In this document: in pieces, positions 59,281-64,000 of the stretch | Layout: every line of letters begins with the position of its first letter | Numbering within the stretch: the stretch's first letter is position 1 | Assembly: GCA_030704615.1 (NCBI GenBank) | Contig: CM060734.1 | Location: 8,184,001-8,248,000 of the forward strand | DNA from: Takakia lepidozioides | Lineage: Eukaryota > Plantae > Bryophyta | Length of the DNA stretch: 64,000 nucleotides | Direction of reading: 5' to 3' | The notes under the pieces: model-generated | What the model was told of the DNA's origin: nothing | What the model saw: only the letters and a program-made list of their open reading frames with translations | Databases searched by the model: none | Translations under genes and position numbers: made by a program

Positions 59281-60699
59281 ATGTCGGGGGTTGTGAATTC
59301 AGGTTCTGGGGCGGGGTCGTCGTCTGGGGGTTGGAGGAAGAGAAAACGTGCCCACGAGTGGGATAGCCAGGTCAACAAGCAAGACTACCTGGGACCGGAT
59401 GCCTTGGATAGGGTGAAAGAAGTGATAGTTAATTATTTCAAGGGTAGGGACATGATGAGGCTGGAGAGTGCTTATGTCAGGCATGGATGGGAGGGGTTTC
59501 AAATTTTCCAGCAGAATATGGAGAGGAAAATGACGGACACTTTGGCTGGGGTTTAGTGGACGGCGGACATGGACAAGCCGAATTTCAATCGGTGGATCCA
59601 AAGCATGGCGAAAGACGCCACGTGGAATTTGAGGCAGCTAATGAAGACATGGAAGGGTAGAACAATCGAGGGTTGGGTGCCCTCCGCCGAAGCTGAGTTA
59701 ATGCGGCGTGTCAAGTATTGGGCGCACTCACCAAGTCAGAATTCACATCGCCACACTAGGTTAGTCCCTTGGAAGGCGGGGTCATCGGGCGGGGGAGGCA
59801 CGACTTTTCTTTATTACGTGAACTCAAGTGTGAGGGTGGTACAGAATTGGCCCTTACAAAGAATGAGGGTATGCTAAGGTCCGTCAGTGTATGATTGTTG
59901 GCGATTCTAGAATACCGGAGCGTTGGGAGCTAGCGGGAAAAAAACCCAAGTCCAAAAATCCAGAAAAGACACTGAGACAACATAACGACGAGTGTTTGGC
60001 AGTGAAGTTCCAGCATCCGGATGTTATCTCATATTTTGCTATGAATGCACGAGAGGTAGAGGGTTACACTCGCTGGTGGAATGGGGGGACAATACGCGAC
60101 ATGATGAACCTTGACAGAAAATGGGGCAACAATTGGGACAACAGGGAGATTTTGGAAAAAAACAGAACAGAATAAGAGTTCCAGGAATGCGATCGCTTGC
60201 TTCATTTTCGGAAAGTGCGTAGTAAACTTGCATGGGCACTGGTGTGCATCATGGATGTTGTCCATAAGAATGGTGTCATGCACAACAACTTGTCCCCCGA
60301 CAACATCTTGGTGCATTTTCCATATGGCACCCCCTTGGAGATACGCAAAGCCTCGCCGTACCAGTTTGAAAACCAAGACAAGCTGGACCAGGAACTCGCG
60401 AAAAGATAGTGGGTGGAAAAAGATATTGCATCGGTTTTTAATGCAAATGCCCCTCCCCCGCTGACATGACATTGGAGGCCTTTGCCGTTGGGAAGATAGC
60501 GGTACGAATAAATGACGGCGCTCATTATAATCAAAGTATGTTTGAGGACCAATCTACGAGAGGTTGTGGGCATTCAATGCTACAAATGTTGTATGACAAC
60601 AACAAGAGGGAGAGAGTCACATTAGCCCACGTAGTACGAAGGTTCGTGGGCAAACCATTCTATTGGCCTGTGCCAGTAGACATATATAGGACGGAGTAG
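59281..60699 (+). pseudogene. Ser/Thr protein-kinase-like gene
   Basis: LAGKK (VAxK-like), HPDVISYF, WWNGGTI, HKNGVMHNNLSPDNILVHF catalytic loop, C-lobe RERVTL. Several stops; DFG region apparently missing. TATA GCTATATAAA at ~58965. Confidence 0.75.
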
Positions 60700-60857
60700 A
60701 CCATACTACACCGTCTTGTAGATATTAGATTTGCGGCGGTACAATGGTTCATTTGTGAAGACAGAACTCAATTTTGATCGTGCATGTAATAAAGTCAGTC
60801 TCATTGTAAATACTACATTGCATATGCTCGACCCTGGCACCTGTCATCGCAACATAA

Positions 60858-61272
60858 ATGGTTTGTGTATTGTCTCACTGTTTATATTTGTAATGTTTCA
60901 ACGTTTTTGATAGGGTTATGAAAAAACAATGTATTAGTTCCGTAGGAGTTAGACAACAAACGTCCCACATCTCATTCGGATGTGCGACACTACCATGAGA
61001 GGCATGAGTCCGTAAGTAACATGTGCACATGCGACCTCCGAAGTCTGAACGTTCGATACTAGGTCCAGCGAATGGTTTATTAGAACGTCCGGAGGTCGCA
61101 TGTACACTTGTTACTTACAGACTCATGCCTCTCATGGTAGTGTCGCACATGAGAATGACATATGGAACTTAAGTTGTGTAACTCCTACGAACCAATACAT
61201 CATTTTTCTCATAACCTTATCAGAAACGTTGGAACATTGGAACATACAAACAGTGACACAGTACACTACCGG
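60858..61272. repeat. Fold-back inverted repeat, ~200 bp arms with a short loop
   Basis: atgtgcgacactaccatgagaggcatgagtc..cgacctccg pairs with cggaggtcg..gactcatgcctctcatggtagtgtcgcacat; the outer arms also pair. Confidence 0.9.
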
Positions 61273-62260
61273 TTTTGATGAAATGACATCTGTGAGGTTC
61301 GAGCGTATGCAATCTATTAATTACAATGGAACTTTATTTACTCGGGGGACCAGTACTGCTGCTAGAGCGCAAGTTGCAACTGATGGTGCAAGTTCTCTAT
61401 TGATTGGAGCTATCACAACCAATATCAACAATCATATTTACGGTAAGGTGTTTGATGCTATTGTTGTTCCTCTAGCTGAATTCTGTAGTACTCTTTTTAT
61501 TATTCTCATGCCAACAACATCAGGTCCTCTGAGACTGTCATGTTCAAACGAATGTATCAGCCACCCCGGCCAGCCACGGCCCACCATAAATAGAACGAAT
61601 TGGAGATTTGGTGCTCAGTTCCTGGTTTCATGTCCATGGTGGCTGATACGGAATTCAGAATATGACAGTCCCAGTGGACCTGATGTTGTTGGCATGGGAG
61701 TAGCAAAACAATTCCTAAAGAAATCATCTACATGAACATCGGCAATATGAAACACCTTGCAATACATATGATTCTTGAGATTGTTTGCACGGATTATTTG
61801 TGTTTGTGCTTTCAAGTGGCGAACATTTCCGCCATAGTGCAGAAGAGGTGCATTGGCCACATTGGTTGATGTGATACCATTTCACAAATGTATCACATCA
61901 CATTTGTAAAATGTATCACATGAACCCTTCCATGTGGCCTACGGGAGTCTTGGACTAGTACGAGATGAATGTGGTCTACGGGGAGGCATGATTGACAGAC
62001 GATGACGCGTTACCTTCAGCCTCCCACCAACAAACATGAGATCATTTCAGAAGCGCTTCAAGTGACGAACGAAATGGTTCATCTGACATCATCCAAATGT
62101 TGAACATGCTGAGGTCTTCTGTAATGTGTTCTGCTTCATAATGCGGTGCTTCTCTTACACACACCTATTTGTTCCATTTTGCACTAATCACACTTTCATG
62201 CTATACGCATTGCAAGGTTTCTTGCAACTATTCCAAACAAGGCCTTCTGGTTTGTCCAGT

Positions 62261-62686
62261 ATGAAGCGAATCAAAGAGATGGAGGATCTACGAGTGAAGA
62301 GCACTACGATACTACAGAAGCAAACAATTGCCACTCCACAGGTAGTGCAGCTGTTGAAAGACTTGAGGTTGGAGGGACTGTTGCACAAAGAATGGTCTTT
62401 GCATCATCGAGATTTGATGATCCAGTTCATCAAGAACTTTGAGCCAAAGACAGGAGCTACGCAGGTGAAGGGTGTGGATATACAAGTTACTCCGCAGTAC
62501 TTGCAGCAGCTTTTTTATTTACCATCTGGTACAGTGAGCGTGGATGAGCACAGGGCAAGATTGCAAATGGTGAATCTTTTCCAAGAAAAGAAAATTTTCA
62601 AGACCCAGGGATATACTTGCACAAAAGCCGAGTATCCAGGTTTGAGGGAAATAGGCCAGATACTAAACAAAAAAGAAAAAGTTTGA
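62261..62686 (+). CDS. Plant-mobile-domain / transposon accessory protein-like ORF (probably truncated)
   Basis: LEGLLHKEW..DLMIQFIKNF..TQVKGVDIQVTPQYLQQLFYLP follows the LxxEFxxN..VxG..I..LFxLP pattern of TE-associated PMD-like ORFs. Confidence 0.45.
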   Translation: MKRIKEMEDLRVKSTTILQKQTIATPQVVQLLKDLRLEGLLHKEWSLHHRDLMIQFIKNFEPKTGATQVKGVDIQVTPQYLQQLFYLPSGTVSVDEHRARLQMVNLFQEKKIFKTQGYTCTKAEYPGLREIGQILNKKEKV

Positions 62687-63313
62687 CGCCTTCCGAAGGG
62701 AGCGTAACTTATGGTGTCACTTCACCACAAAGAGCTACTGCCTTCCAACTGAAAGGTGGACACCTTCATGCTGCCAGTATGCTGGGACGTGTCCTTTGTC
62801 GTATGGATTGCTCTGTGTACAAGGTGCAGTATGCGAATACTGGAATGTGCAGTAGGACCCTTCCCACTGGGACACAGAACTTGCAATCTTGTAAAGACAT
62901 CACATTTGCAGAACAGTGTCAATGTATTGGTAGCAAATCGGAGTCTTCTCATAAAGGTGGACGAAAACGCCAGGATAGGCTGCGAAATCACCACAAAATG
63001 AATGAAGAACAGTAACAAGGAAGCACTATGCAGTATACAGACCAATAACGGCGCTGAAATAGGCCACAATGCCCGTGTATCTCCACACAATGTATGCTTT
63101 CCTCGGATCCATTAATAGACATAACCAAAATTAAAAAAACATGCCCATGCCATTCACGGCCAAAAACCACATTCTCATGTATTGCGGCACCAAAATGCAC
63201 CTGAAGCCATGGCGGTATGGCACCACCAAATGTATAATTCATGACAAAAAAAATAGGGTGCAAGAAGATGAATGTAATATAATTGCCACTTTCTCCTTCC
63301 CGAATGTGGAATG

Positions 63314-64000
63314 TCAAGCAGTCCGACCTGTATCCTGCCGTAGGGCCTTGTGCAGCTCGTTGAAGCTCAATGTTGGAACATGGATGAAGACGTCCACTGC
63401 GGATATGCAACTCATGCACTTCAGAAAAATGTAATAAAGGTGTTTGCAGGGGACGTATGCTGCATTCTTCGATTCCATAACAAGGAAGTCCTCACAGTTG
63501 CAGGCTGGGTACTGAGAAACCGTGATTGCATACATGACACTGCGCGCAGCAGACCCGGCTGTTGACAACTGAAATATGCGCCCCATCCCGGGGTGAGAAA
63601 CATCCTTGCAACCTTGCACTATGCAGGGCATTGCAAGAGCGTTGGCCATCCTGGTGTCGTTTGCCTTTGTTGGTGGCCGCCGTCTTTTCAGTTTCCCCCA
63701 CCGATGGGTGGGCCAAGCTGCGGGGTCACCCACCGGTATGCGAGGTGAAGAGTTTCTTGTGGGAGGAGGATGACGACTGGGAATTGGATTTCGCGGAACG
63801 TCTGTCCTCTCCACCAGTCGAAACCCCGCACATCCTAGAGCGTCTGCCTCCTCCAGGATAAGATCTGTACCAGTTGCCACATGCTAGACTGCTGGTGGTT
63901 CAGGCATGCCTTGTACACCATACTTGGGCTTGCCGAACACACACGACATGATGTCGTGCTTGCAGAACCAGAACTCCTTCAGTGTGGCCTCCACAAACTT
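63314..64000 (-). CDS. SWIM zinc-finger protein, C-terminal part (runs off the window)
   Basis: YAITVSQYPACNCEDF-x(11)-PCKHLYYIF = CxC..CxH SWIM signature. Confidence 0.8.

Overview
Eukaryotic, intron-containing, transposon-dense DNA with no recognisable housekeeping gene. Gene families and splice signals suggest an early-diverging land plant (bryophyte-like); this is inference. Recognisable nested relics: a LINE (APE+RT, with a 2A-like motif), two Ty3/Gypsy pol fragments, several LTRs, a CACTA transposase, a Sola2-like transposase split by a TG..CA element, a ~4.2 kb higher-order tandem array and several fold-backs. The most striking structure is a cassette present in two large copies (25.2-31.9 kb and 51.7-64 kb) plus a fragment (46.3-48.2 kb). 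It combines (i) a spliced gene fusing a ParB/Srx-like domain (DGNHR) to a beta-class N6A/N4C DNA methyltransferase-like domain (DIPDG ... DLxxGT), (ii) a ~190-aa orphan protein X, and (iii) copy-specific GGCGCC-centred palindromes (AAATGCGGCGCCGCATTT versus AAATCGGCGCCGATTT). The palindromes I found lie only in introns and intergenic DNA and are spaced almost always at integer multiples of ~10.5 bp, like helically phased parS/iteron-type sites. The right-hand copy continues into kinase, plant-mobile-domain-like and SWIM genes. A second candidate is a four-copy conserved structured RNA-like hairpin downstream of a TATA/AAACCCTA motif. Most genes are pseudogenised by C-to-T stops and frameshifts. 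All family calls come from motif recognition by eye, not database searches.
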